A DNA stretch of 64,000 bases from Nitrospirota bacterium. Its GTDB lineage: Bacteria; Nitrospirota; UBA9217. Each line of letters starts with the position of its first letter. Positions within the stretch are counted from its first letter, which is position 1. Below, piece by piece: positions 30,555-40,605 of this stretch. Below the pieces are notes generated by a model. That model had not been told where the DNA came from. It saw only the letters and a program-made list of their open reading frames with translations, and ran no database searches. The DNA lies in assembly GCA_963754875.1 (NCBI GenBank), contig CAVWHO010000003.1, forward strand, positions 22,976-86,975. The letters run 5' to 3'. The translations under genes were made by a program, and so were the position numbers.

Positions 30555-31529
30555 TTATTTCCCGACGAACTTTACCACATCACCCTGTTTGAATCCTATG
30601 CCCGATGTGGTTACGGCTACGGACATATCCGCCTTGTCACCAAGATCATTTCGCTGAACAATGGCCTGGCCTACCCTATCCTCTGTTGTTCCTAATTTCA
30701 TATGCGTATCAGGGTCTATGATATCTTCGCCTACCCGATACACATCAAGCTTATCTCCTACTTTCAAGCCTGTTTTTTTGCCCGCATTGATGTAGAGTTT
30801 ATTGCCGGCGACCTTGGCGATCTTGCCTTTCCATGGCTCATTCTCAAGTTGCTTCATCATGTTTACCATGGCTTTGGTAAGTGCGTCCCTGAGCGCGCCA
30901 TCACGAAGATCGGTATCATAGCTCGCCTTGCCTCCGGCTCCGAGAACGGTCGTTACTTTTTTCTCGTAGATCCCTGCTCCGGAGTCAGCAAGGAGCTGCA
31001 CTCCCGTCGTCGTGTCAACAACGCGGTAATCAACTGTTACCCGTGCTATCTGTTTTTTAGTCTTTCCGACGATAAAATCGCTCCCCTCTTCTGTTTCGGA
31101 GTAAGCTGTAATCGCGCCGGTCACGATCGCATTGAGACCCAGGATTTGACCCATTTTAGCCGCAGTATCGGGATTGACCGCACCGGTTGCCCCAAACCTT
31201 TGCTGTCCCAAAATCGACTCTATGTCTTGCTGGGGGATCACGATGAACCTATCGGTCTTCTGCATGATGGTGCCCAGAATGTCCGCTGCTGCTTCACCGA
31301 TACCGAGCACCCTTGATGGAGTTTTATTTTGGAAGTTGACGACGCCGACCCTGAGTTTCGGCCCCTTGTATTCGGAAACATCACTGCTCGTCTTCAACTG
31401 CTTTGATGTATCGGTCAAAGTCGTATCGTCCCTGACCGCACCGGACATTGTGGGTCCGCAGCTGCCCATAATGAGAGCAACCGATACGAATAACATGCCC
31501 GTAATTATCAACCGTGAACCTTTTTTCAT
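30555..31529 (-). CDS. CsgG/HfaB-family lipoprotein with FlgT_C-like C-terminal domain
   Basis: Lipobox MGS-C, RVGVVNFQNK, TAAKMGQILG, VDYRVVDTTTG, then GKIAKVAGNKLYINAGKKTGLKVGD...IIDPDT. Confidence 0.8.
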   Translation of the reverse strand: MKKGSRLIITGMLFVSVALIMGSCGPTMSGAVRDDTTLTDTSKQLKTSSDVSEYKGPKLRVGVVNFQNKTPSRVLGIGEAAADILGTIMQKTDRFIVIPQQDIESILGQQRFGATGAVNPDTAAKMGQILGLNAIVTGAITAYSETEEGSDFIVGKTKKQIARVTVDYRVVDTTTGVQLLADSGAGIYEKKVTTVLGAGGKASYDTDLRDGALRDALTKAMVNMMKQLENEPWKGKIAKVAGNKLYINAGKKTGLKVGDKLDVYRVGEDIIDPDTHMKLGTTEDRVGQAIVQRNDLGDKADMSVAVTTSGIGFKQGDVVKFVGK

Positions 31530-31564
31530 TTTGCTTCCTCCTTTACTTCAAATATGAGTTTTGA

Positions 31565-32941
31565 TCATTTAGTTTTCTGCTCCGGTGCCATGATATCCAT
31601 AAAACTCCGGGCTTCAGTATATCCTGTCGGTATCTCGAACAGTGAGGCATGGGGGGTCTTCAAGACGATATTCTTGATTTCCGTCGTCACTTTATAGTCT
31701 TTGTTTTCCACTTCACTCTTGATCGTCATCCCGTCCAGTTCCCTGGCATTCCAGATAAATCCTTCTTCAACTTTGCCTTCTTTGTAAAGGATCCTTACCT
31801 TATACTTATCAGTATGATATTTGCCGATGACCTCGCTGCCGACTTTGATCTTTTCGACCTTTGGTTTTTCATCGACCGATTCCTTCTCAGTATGAACCAT
31901 ATACTTTAGCGTGTTGGGATAGAGTGTGTAGCCGATTTTTTTGTCGGCCCTTTCTATCACGGACATCTTACTGAAAGGAGACTGACTGTCTCCCTTCATC
32001 ATTTTAGACATGTCCATGTCCATGCGCATTTTCTTCCCGGCGACGGCCATCGGGATTTCCATGTTGAAGGGTTGGTTCCTGTTCTTGTCGAAAGACGAGG
32101 AATAAATGACAGCTGAGAAGTCCCTTTTGCCTTCCCAATCCATGTATCCGAAGGAGGGCGGCTCGGGCATTTTCATCTCAGGCATGGTGAACTTGGGCGC
32201 GGGGGCAGTTGCAACCGTTGCTGTCGAGGTGCCCGGCCCCCAGGGAAGATCGTACGTGACCCTCCTCGCCAATTCCGAGGATTCATGGTCGAGGTGCACG
32301 CCGAACGCTTTACTCGCCAGCTTCGTCCCCAAACCGTAGACGAATGACTTCCCGAGATTATCGCTGCCTGTCGTCGTGCTCTCGATCGTCACCCAAGGCA
32401 CTTCCTTGTCCCGTGAATCAGCGGCCCTGGCCGCGATAGTTGCTGCTGCTCCGCCTCGTCCCTCCATTCTCATCTCACTCCGGACGCCGAGACCACGCGA
32501 CCACACGGTCTGGCCGGTCATGGCATTGACCAGTTTAAACTTGCCGCGCACTTTCTTCACATCGATGGCGCCGGTCGTCAATTCGTCGAAATCCATGAGC
32601 GTTCCGTAGAGCACGCCTTCGACGTCGAGCTCCTGTCCGAGCTTCTGGGCTGTGGCCAAATCGATTTGCCCTCCCAACGTGATCCCCATCCTATCGCGAA
32701 GGATCTGGTCGGTTTCCTTCAAATCCTTTACTACATAGGAACGATTTTCCAATGCTTTGACCATCTTGTTCCGCATCACGTCAGGGCCCTCCACATCATT
32801 GGTGTCGTTTTTCATGGGAAGGACCGCTACATGTTTGAGCGGATTGTTAGAGTCATAAGGAAGCGGCGGATGCGGAATGGCACAACCGGCAAAGATGACC
32901 ATTACACAGAGCACTGCCAGATTCTTTATCAGTTTCATCAT
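31565..32941 (-). CDS. DUF799/GNA1162-like lipoprotein with DUF4412-like C-terminal domain
   Basis: Lipobox FAG-C, VAVLPMKNDTNDV, LGQELDVEGVLYG, TGQTVW, and C-terminal KVGSEVIG...SLFEIPTGY. Confidence 0.7.
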   Translation of the reverse strand: MMKLIKNLAVLCVMVIFAGCAIPHPPLPYDSNNPLKHVAVLPMKNDTNDVEGPDVMRNKMVKALENRSYVVKDLKETDQILRDRMGITLGGQIDLATAQKLGQELDVEGVLYGTLMDFDELTTGAIDVKKVRGKFKLVNAMTGQTVWSRGLGVRSEMRMEGRGGAAATIAARAADSRDKEVPWVTIESTTTGSDNLGKSFVYGLGTKLASKAFGVHLDHESSELARRVTYDLPWGPGTSTATVATAPAPKFTMPEMKMPEPPSFGYMDWEGKRDFSAVIYSSSFDKNRNQPFNMEIPMAVAGKKMRMDMDMSKMMKGDSQSPFSKMSVIERADKKIGYTLYPNTLKYMVHTEKESVDEKPKVEKIKVGSEVIGKYHTDKYKVRILYKEGKVEEGFIWNARELDGMTIKSEVENKDYKVTTEIKNIVLKTPHASLFEIPTGYTEARSFMDIMAPEQKTK

Positions 32942-33111
32942 TCTCAGACTCCTTTATGCTGCATCTTGATCATATTGGTAAAGGCATGATAGCGGATTAA
33001 AAACATAATCACGTCTCACAGCAAAGTACCCAAATGGACAGTATCTGTCAAGCTATAATGCGCAGGGCATTGAAAAGACAGTGATATTGTCGTAGAACTG
33101 CCAGGACATCC

Positions 33112-34136
33112 TTAATAGACGATTATGACCCTGCAGTATTGAAGAAAATCGCCTTTCCTGCTCAGTTGTCGGAGAGTCTGTGCATCGGCCTGGCTCACCA
33201 CAATATCGGTCCTGGCCGCACCGGATGCGCGCATCCCCTTGATGACAGCAGGATTGTCCGTGACCCTGAAAGTTGTTTGCGGCAGCATTCACGTCCTTGG
33301 CATAACCTGCAACGCCCTGATCAACGGCATTGGTTCTTGTGGCCACCTGTCCTACATATATTTCCTGTCCCTGGGGATCGATGACTTTGGGAAGGAGCGC
33401 AGGCCGCAATCCGAGTCCTCTGCCATCGATGACCAGGCCGGTAGCGGTACCGCCTTTGAAAACCGTCGTCGATTCATCAGGAGGCGCGGGAGCGGGCCTT
33501 ACCGGTTCAGGTTGCTTCGGAAGTTCCGGTTTCTTTTCCGGAATTGAAGGAACAGGCGCCGGCGGTACCGATTTTTTCGGTTCAGCAGGCTTTAGGGGAG
33601 AAGAAGGGGGAATCTCCGGTCTCGACGGCTGCGGGGTAGAGGGCGCTGGTATCTGGGGCGGTTGCGAGATGAGTGGCCTCCCAAAATTTTCCGGTACTAT
33701 AGCCTCCATGAGCGCACCTTTCATGGGCATGGATACGAGCACCTCCACGGACCCGTCCGACATATACTGCGTTTTGACGATGCGCGCCCCTCTCACGATG
33801 CCGTCTACCCGTGTCCTGATCACATCGCTTTTTACCATGAAGTTCTCGACCACCGATCTAGGAATCGACGCGAACGCCTTTCACGATTTCAAGAAGATTC
33901 CTGATTGCAACGACGAATGCGGCTCGCTCTGTCATGGCGCGCGCCTGGGCGGCATTTACCGGATGTGAAGGAGGCGCACCGATTCCTGTTGCAAACACCT
34001 CGCCGCTGGTCCAGTTGATCTGACCCGAGCCGGTTGTTTCGATTGCGTCACCCGGATTTCCAGTCTGGGCAAAAACTACTTCAGCAGCAAAACAGCAGAA
34101 GAAAAGGATGAATATGAGCCCGCCTATTTTTTTCAT
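33112..34136 (-). CDS. LPP20-like secreted protein with long Pro-rich linker (paralogue B), split by indels near 33860 and 33270
   Basis: Repaired frames give INWTSGEVFATGIGAPP...AQARAMTERAA...GVRVDS/VVENFMV...MSDGSVEV, a Pro-rich linker, then TGLVIDGRGLGLRPALLP.../RVTDNPAVIKG...YCRVIIVY. Collinear with 36918-37781. Confidence 0.75.
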
Positions 34137-34232
34137 GACGTACCTCGACGCGCGGTCAAAAATGAGAATGACTCGAATGTGTCAGGCGCATGTTTGCGGA
34201 GTCACGCGCACTGTATCCGAATACTAAACAAA

Positions 34233-35613
34233 CTATTTTACCTCAAAATCCGTCACCGTTTCCTTGCCGGCCTCGACGGCCACCGTGCGAGAAATTTCTT
34301 TGTCGCTGACCACGGCCGAAACCTTATATTGGCCCGGAGATAGCCCCTCTATCTTGTAGGTACCGTCCCGATCGATCGAAACGCCGTAGCTGGTGCTTCC
34401 GTCGCGATAAAATACATCGCCGTCCTGAACAGGCCTGCCGCTACCATCAATAACCTTGCCCTTGATCACGCCGCCGGGCTGGAGAGTAAAGTTGATCCGG
34501 TACACCTGCCCTTGATCGACACGAAGCTCCTGAGAGGACTTTGCAAATCCGGGTCCCTTGAGTTCCACCCGATACATGCCTGCCGCAGTCACTGCAGCAG
34601 CGAATCTGCCGTCGGAAAACGGCGTGGGTGTTCCCCTTCCGTCCTTCCAGAGCACCAGGGAACCTTTCGGCACTGCAATCCCCGCTTGGTCGGTCACGCG
34701 CCCGGTCACGAGCGCGGAATGCTGACGGTCATCAAGTCTTCGTCCGAGTCGTTTTTCCTTCGGAAGCGGCAATTCGTCGACCATAACGGTCTTGTCTTCT
34801 TCTTTGAAAATCGTATAGAACGTTGCCTTGTCGACCTCGAGATATCCGCCGGCATAGGCGCCGGGCATTTCCATGCCGTCGAGACGGAGAATGATGTGAA
34901 AGGGATCGACAAAATTATGGGAATGTTCGGCATCGGAGAATGCCCAGCCCGTGTCCGGATAGTAGATCTCGAGATAGGCATGGAAGCCGCCGTCATTTAC
35001 TTTTACGCCCCAGTAATCCTTCGAAAAACCCCACTCATATCCCGGGGGTAAATAGCCGTGCGCTACACGTGCCGGTATGCCGGCAGCCCGCAGCAAGGCC
35101 ACTGCCAGGTTGGAGTAACCGACGCAGTAAGCCTTTTTGTAGTTGAGTGCAGAGATCGCGTCCGTCGGGACGGTAATGCTCGTGTCAAATGTAAGGTTGT
35201 CCGCTATCCAGGACAGGATGGCGTTTGCTGCTTCATGTGCGTACCTGCTTCCCCTGGTAATTTGCCTGGCAAGTTGCACAATCCGCGGGTCCTGTGACTG
35301 TCGGTCCCGTTCAGGCATGAGATATTGAGAGACCGAGGCGGGAAGCACTCCGGGCGCGATGGGGAAAGGAACCCGCGTTTTTAACGGACCCATTCTTCGA
35401 GGTAACTTGAACGCGCTTGCTGAACTCGTCCAGATTCGTTACTTTCTGTTCAAAAGACTCGTTTTTATAGTCCGGTATAAATGCAACGCCCCGGGGATTC
35501 ACGATATCGTAGACGACGGTATGTTCTCCCTCAAGCACTTTGAGGCCGGCAATAGAGCCGGAGGGATGGGAGAGAAACAGAACAAATATGATGGTTGCTA
35601 ATAATTTGTTCAT
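34233..35613 (-). CDS. Secreted transglutaminase-like (Cys-His-Asp) protein with two carboxypeptidase-regulatory-like domains, split by an indel near 35394
   Basis: Signal peptide MNKLLATIIF..., AYCVGYSNLAVALLRAAGIPAR, FHAYLEIY, GWAFSD, and C-terminal Ig-like repeats. Confidence 0.8.
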
Positions 35614-35623
35614 AATAGACGTC

Positions 35624-35654
35624 AAAAAAACCCGCTCCGTTTGTGCGGAGCGGG
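35624..35654 (-). terminator. Internal rho-independent terminator after the TPR-SLH gene
   Basis: Minus strand CCCGCTCCG CACAAA CGGAGCGGG TTTTTTT. Confidence 0.8.
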
Positions 35655-35668
35655 CACTCTGTCATCAG

Positions 35669-36848
35669 TTAAAATTTAAGCTGGTTTTTGAACTCACGAA
35701 TTGCCAGGAGTGCATCAGCGCCCGAAACGGTATCCCCGGCTTTGAATTCTCCAGTCGCTTTGTCGGCTTCCAGGAATCCTCGTGTCGTTACGGTCATGAT
35801 CGCATTGAACGCATAGAGATCGTTCCGGACATCGGGAAACGGTGATGTCGCACCAAGGAACTTGGTCGCCAAGTTTTTCGTCACCGGTCACCTTGATCAG
35901 GATATCCTCGAGCATGAGGGCAAATTCTCCCTTGGTGATGAGCTTGTCGGGTTCGAATTTATGATTCGGCCCGGCTTCGAGTCCGCGAACCTGAAGTTTG
36001 AGTATTGTCTCGATGCTCGGTTTGAGCCAGTTGTCGGCTATGTCCGTAGCAGGCTCCATCTTTACCGCCGTCTCCGGAGAAAACCTGGTGGATGACTCCG
36101 TTGGTGACTTAAAAGTCGTGTCGTAGGTCTTCGTTCCGCGCTTGGTGAAGAGCTTCTCAAGATTCATCTCCTGGTCGAAGAGCGCCGCGATATCGGCACG
36201 ATCGATTTTGTCGATCAGAGCGATCTTCTTGCCGATTTCGCTCCCCGGTGCAGCACGCTGGATCTTTTGGATCACCGCCCACTCCGCGTTGGCTTCTCCG
36301 ACAAAGTCGCGGTTCATGTCAAGAACGGCACGGAACATGTTCGCTGCCTTGTCGAAATCGAGCGCCGTCTTGTAGCACATCCCCATATAGTAATGCAGCC
36401 TGGGGTTATTCGGCTCCTTCTTGTCGGCCGACTTAAATTCCTTCTCGGCTGATTTGACCAACTCATTTACCCGTTTTTGCTCCTTGGCCATCTGCAATCC
36501 GTAGAGCCTGATCATGCCGACGCGTGCTTCTATACCGCTGGTCTCATAGCCCTTTGCTTTTTCCATGTTCTCGAAGGCAGGTTTGAAATCACCCTTCTTG
36601 CCCTGGACCAGGCCTTTTCCGATGTAGCCGAGCGACGATTTCGGATCGAGCGAAATAGCCCGATCGAATTCGCGCATCGCATCATCCAGCCTGTCCGCCT
36701 CCATCAACTTCAGCCCCTGATTGTAATGGTATTCAGGTGTATCCATGATCGACGTGGACGGCACTGCTTTCGGTCCGCAACCGCTGACCGCTGCTGCCAT
36801 GAACAGCACTGCCAGAACTACCATGAGGCGTTTGATCTGCGTAATCAT
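35669..36848 (-). CDS. TPR + S-layer-homology (SLH) domain lipoprotein, split by an indel near 35870
   Basis: Lipobox VSG-C, TPR repeats, SLH-like DIADNW...FEPDKLITKGEFALML and FPDVRND...FKAGDTVSGADAL. Confidence 0.75.
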
Positions 36849-36917
36849 TCACTACCTCCAATCGATATTCTCAGAATCGGCTGCCGGGAAGCATACTATT
36901 TCCCGATGCGCCTTAGA

Positions 36918-37781
36918 CTAATCAACGAGGATGATCACCCGGCACTTTTCGAGCATGCTCAGATTTTGAGAGGCGCTCTGGAGAGCTGCGGCATCGGCAT
37001 TGCTGATCACCGTATCCACGCGAGCATCGCCGGAAACTTTGATTGCTTTCACCATCATCGGTTTGTCTGTTACGCGGGGGTTGGTCTGAGCAGCTGCGGG
37101 GTCTTTGAGATACCCGACCATGCCTTCGCGTACGGCGTAGTCCCTGTTGATCCAGGCCGAGCCGTACACTTCCTTGCCGTCTTCATTCAGGATTCTCGGC
37201 GCCATGGCCGGCCTCACGCCGAGTCCCCTCGCATCGATGATCAAGCCGGTGTAGAGCTGGCCCGGTGTTGCTGATGTTCCTCCCGGAGCGGCCGAGGGTG
37301 ACAGAGGCGTTGCAGGTCCCTTTGGCAAAAGGGCGTCAGCGAGAGCGCCAGTAAGTCTCATCCCCACTGTGACCTCTACGGAACCGTCAGACATGTATTT
37401 TTTATCAACAGGCATTGCGCCCTGGATAAAGCCGCTCACTTCAGTCTTGATGATGTCGCTGGACACCATGAAATTCTCTACGGTAGTAGTGGAATCTACC
37501 CTGACCCCTTTTACTGCTTCAAGCAGGTTTCGCAAGGCAACGACCTGTGCTGCCCGTTCTGCCATTGCCCGCGCCTGAGCGGCATTCGCAGGCTGGGCAG
37601 GAGGCGCGCCGATTCCTACGGCTGTAATCATGCCTGTAGTCCAGTCAACCGTGCCTGTTGAACCTACCTGTTGTTCAACATCCTTGATCGTGCCTACCAT
37701 CTGTGCGGATACGCTGCCCGCTGCAACCGCCAGTAAGGCTGCACAAATAAGTATTACCATTAACGGTTTCTTAACCAACAT
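36918..37781 (-). CDS. LPP20-like secreted protein (paralogue A)
   Basis: Signal peptide, VDWTTGMITAVGIGAPP...AQARAMAERAAQVVALRNLLEAVKGVRVDS, YTGLIIDARGLG...PAMAPRI, CRVIILVD. Confidence 0.8.
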   Translation of the reverse strand: MLVKKPLMVILICAALLAVAAGSVSAQMVGTIKDVEQQVGSTGTVDWTTGMITAVGIGAPPAQPANAAQARAMAERAAQVVALRNLLEAVKGVRVDSTTTVENFMVSSDIIKTEVSGFIQGAMPVDKKYMSDGSVEVTVGMRLTGALADALLPKGPATPLSPSAAPGGTSATPGQLYTGLIIDARGLGVRPAMAPRILNEDGKEVYGSAWINRDYAVREGMVGYLKDPAAAQTNPRVTDKPMMVKAIKVSGDARVDTVISNADAAALQSASQNLSMLEKCRVIILVD

Positions 37782-38102
37782 GTTAAACCTCCTTCTTTCT
37801 TAGAATATATTATATTAACGAATGTATATTTTTTGAGAAACGAATAAATTGCTTTCAAACCTGCGACGCTTTCACCTCTTTGTTGACAACGTTGTATATG
37901 AGAATTGTTAACGGTCAAAATAACAATATAAGGCTGTTTGAGTCAAGGGAATATTCACATCACGGAGCGTTCAATATGTTAGTGCAAATCATGCTTCTCG
38001 TTGAAGCAGAACGGAGGATGAAAGCTTTTACGGGTCTCACTGCTAAAGCTCAACTATACCTAAGCATTATACAATTGTCAAGATTATGAAACCTCTTGCA
38101 TG

Positions 38103-38825
38103 CTAAATTGCTCGCGCGAGTGTGCAGGCAGTGACTTGGTCAGCCCCTGCTCTTTTGAGAACCGCAGCGCATTCGTTCATCGTGGCACCGGTCGTGAATA
38201 CATCATCGATCAGCAGTATATGTTTGTTCTCAACGATCTCCGGGAAGCGCAGGGAAAAGGCCCCTGCTACATTTTTTACCCGTTCCTCCCCCGTCAGTTC
38301 AACCTGCGGCCTCGTGGGTCTTACTCTCGCCAGATTATCGTAGACAAGCGGAATGCCGTACTTCACGTTCATGGATAGGCAAGAAGAAGCGCCTGATTAA
38401 ACCCCCGCTGCCTCAAACGTTTCGGGTGAAGAGGAACCGGCATGACCATATCGATGTTCAACAGCATCCGAACCCGATCCGCCATCCATGCTCCCAGCGG
38501 GGTTCCTAAGGACCGACAAGGACGATATTTGAACTGGTGGATAGCCTCCCGAAGGGGTCCCTCAAAATACCCGACTGATAAAGCTTGGTCAAAGAGACGG
38601 TGGTGACGTTCTGCAGGACGAGCAATGAAAAGCGGGGCTGTGGGTCAATGTTTCCGGTGAGTCAAACGGCCTGCCACATCGGTTGCAAACGGGTCCGGAA
38701 ATCGGATCGAAATCATCCCAGCAGGCCCGGCAAAAATGCGGGACGCGGGAATCGCCGATCGTCTCGTGGCAGTAGGAGCACGACGATGGAAGGAGGAAAT
38801 CGAGAAGGTGCCGAAACAATGACAT
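38103..38825 (-). CDS. comF: ComF family protein (double zinc ribbon + PRTase), split by indels near 38597 and 38373
   Basis: CxxC clusters, middle frame PVPLHPKRLRQRGFNQA, and LLIDDVFTTGAT. Confidence 0.85.
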
Positions 38826-38901
38826 GGGGGAGCGCCTTAAACAATACGCAATCTCACTGCGAGACGCAAATAGAGTCGAAAGGCTGGATGTTTCGCATCA
38901 A

Positions 38902-40449
38902 TCACGAGGTCGGCAGGATAAGGCTCTTCCCGGTCATTTCAGCGGGAATGCTGATCCCCATCAGTTCGAGGACCGTCGGAGCAACGTCTGCCAGAATTCC
39001 GCTTGTTCTAAGCTTCAATTTCTTGGCCGTGATGATAAATGGCACGGGGTCAGTCGTGTGTGCCGTATGGGGCTGGCCCGTCGTCCGATCGGACATGACT
39101 TCGATATTCCCGTGGTCCGCGGTAATAAGCACCTGTGCCTCGGCCTGTTCCGCTGCGCGAAGCACGCGCCCCAGACATTCGTCGAGCACTTCCACTGCTT
39201 TGATGGCAGCACCAAGAATCCCCGTATGACCGACCATGTCCGGGTTAGCGTAGTTTGCGAGGATGAAACCATATCGGTTCGATGCGATACGTTCTACCAG
39301 CTTATCCGTGATTTCCCGAGCGCTCATTTCCGGCTTTTGATCATACGTGGCGACATCGCGCGGCGACGGGACCAGCACCCGATCTTCCAGCGGAAAAGGC
39401 GGCTCTTCTCCGCCGTTGAAAAAAAAGGTGACATGAGCGTATTTTTCCGTTTCAGCAATACGGAGCTGCTGAACGCCCCGGTTGCTCAGGACCTCGCCCA
39501 GGATATGCGTCAGGCGTATCGGCCCGAAAGCAACAGGGAGATCGAACGTTTCGTCGTAGGTCGTGAGGCACACAAACATCGAAAGTTTCGGAAACAACCG
39601 TCGATTGAAACCCTTGAACTCTGGGTCCGTCATTGCCCTGGTGATCTCCCGCGCACGGTCGGAGCGGAAATTGCAGAAGATGACAACATCGTCGTTCCGG
39701 ACGGTGCCAACCTGTTTGTTAGTTTTTTTATCGATGATCACGGCCGGAAGCATGAATTCGTCAGTCCGCTCGTGTTCGTAGCTCTGCTGAATTGCCTCGA
39801 CAACGGAAAATTTCCGGATGCCCTCTCCCGTAATGATGGCCTCGTAGGCTTTCTGGACACGCTCCCATCGTTTATCGCGGTCCATGGCGTAATATCGGCC
39901 GGAGACCGTTGCAATCCTGCCGATACCGATTTTGGCGAGATGCTCTTCCAGTTGTTTGACATACTGGATTGCGCTGGACGGCGGCGTATCTCGTCCGTCA
40001 AGAAAGGCATGAAAAAAAACATCTGTGATCCCTTGTGTTTTCGCCATATCGAGCATCGCAAAGATATGGTCCATACGGCTGTGCACGCCTCCATCCGACA
40101 AAAGTCCCATGAGGTGGAGTGCCGTCTGTTTTTCCCGAGCAGTCCGCATGGCGGAGAGCAGTACGGGATTTTGAAAGAATTCATTGTCACGAATCGCCTT
40201 GCTGATGCGCGTCGAGTCCTGGTAGACGATCCGTCCTGCTCCCAGGTTCAAGTGTCCGACTTCGGAATTGCCCATCTGGCCGTCAGGCAGACCGACGGCC
40301 TCGCCGGACGCCAGGAGCTCCGTATGCGGGTATTCGGTGATGAGCTTACTATAGGTGGGAGTCTTCGCCGCAGCTATTGCATTTCCCTCGATATTTTTGT
40401 TGATGCCCCAACCGTCCAGAACAAGCAACACTACCGGTTTGATCGACAT
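38902..40449 (-). CDS. gpmI: 2,3-bisphosphoglycerate-independent phosphoglycerate mutase
   Basis: LDGWG, GQMGNSEVGH, DGGVHS, GRYYAMDRD, AETEKYAHVT, NPDMVGHTG, TADHGN. Confidence 0.97.
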   Translation of the reverse strand: MSIKPVVLLVLDGWGINKNIEGNAIAAAKTPTYSKLITEYPHTELLASGEAVGLPDGQMGNSEVGHLNLGAGRIVYQDSTRISKAIRDNEFFQNPVLLSAMRTAREKQTALHLMGLLSDGGVHSRMDHIFAMLDMAKTQGITDVFFHAFLDGRDTPPSSAIQYVKQLEEHLAKIGIGRIATVSGRYYAMDRDKRWERVQKAYEAIITGEGIRKFSVVEAIQQSYEHERTDEFMLPAVIIDKKTNKQVGTVRNDDVVIFCNFRSDRAREITRAMTDPEFKGFNRRLFPKLSMFVCLTTYDETFDLPVAFGPIRLTHILGEVLSNRGVQQLRIAETEKYAHVTFFFNGGEEPPFPLEDRVLVPSPRDVATYDQKPEMSAREITDKLVERIASNRYGFILANYANPDMVGHTGILGAAIKAVEVLDECLGRVLRAAEQAEAQVLITADHGNIEVMSDRTTGQPHTAHTTDPVPFIITAKKLKLRTSGILADVAPTVLELMGISIPAEMTGKSLILPTS

Positions 40450-40605
40450 GCAAACTCCTTACACTAAAAATCATAAATCCTGAAATGTTATTTTCGACAC
40501 TGTTCAATTCCTGTAATCGATGAAGTTTTTGAAGTAGCAGGAAGTGAGACTTGGTGATTTCGGGATGTATTGATATTTTGGTACTTGCCGTCTGAATTAT
40601 CCGCG

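Noticed and set aside
30555..31529. Curli secretion or flagellar H/T-ring assignment for the CsgG/FlgT_C gene
   Set aside because: No curlin, csgE/F or flagellar genes in the neighbourhood, and fold similarity alone does not support either function.
33858..33860. TAG read-through (pyrrolysine) in LPP20 paralogue B
   Set aside because: The downstream homology is in a different frame, so an indel rather than stop recoding explains it.
38824..40467. 547-aa plus-strand ORF
   Set aside because: Antisense shadow of gpmI with no recognisable motifs. The same applies to most short overlapping ORFs in the track.
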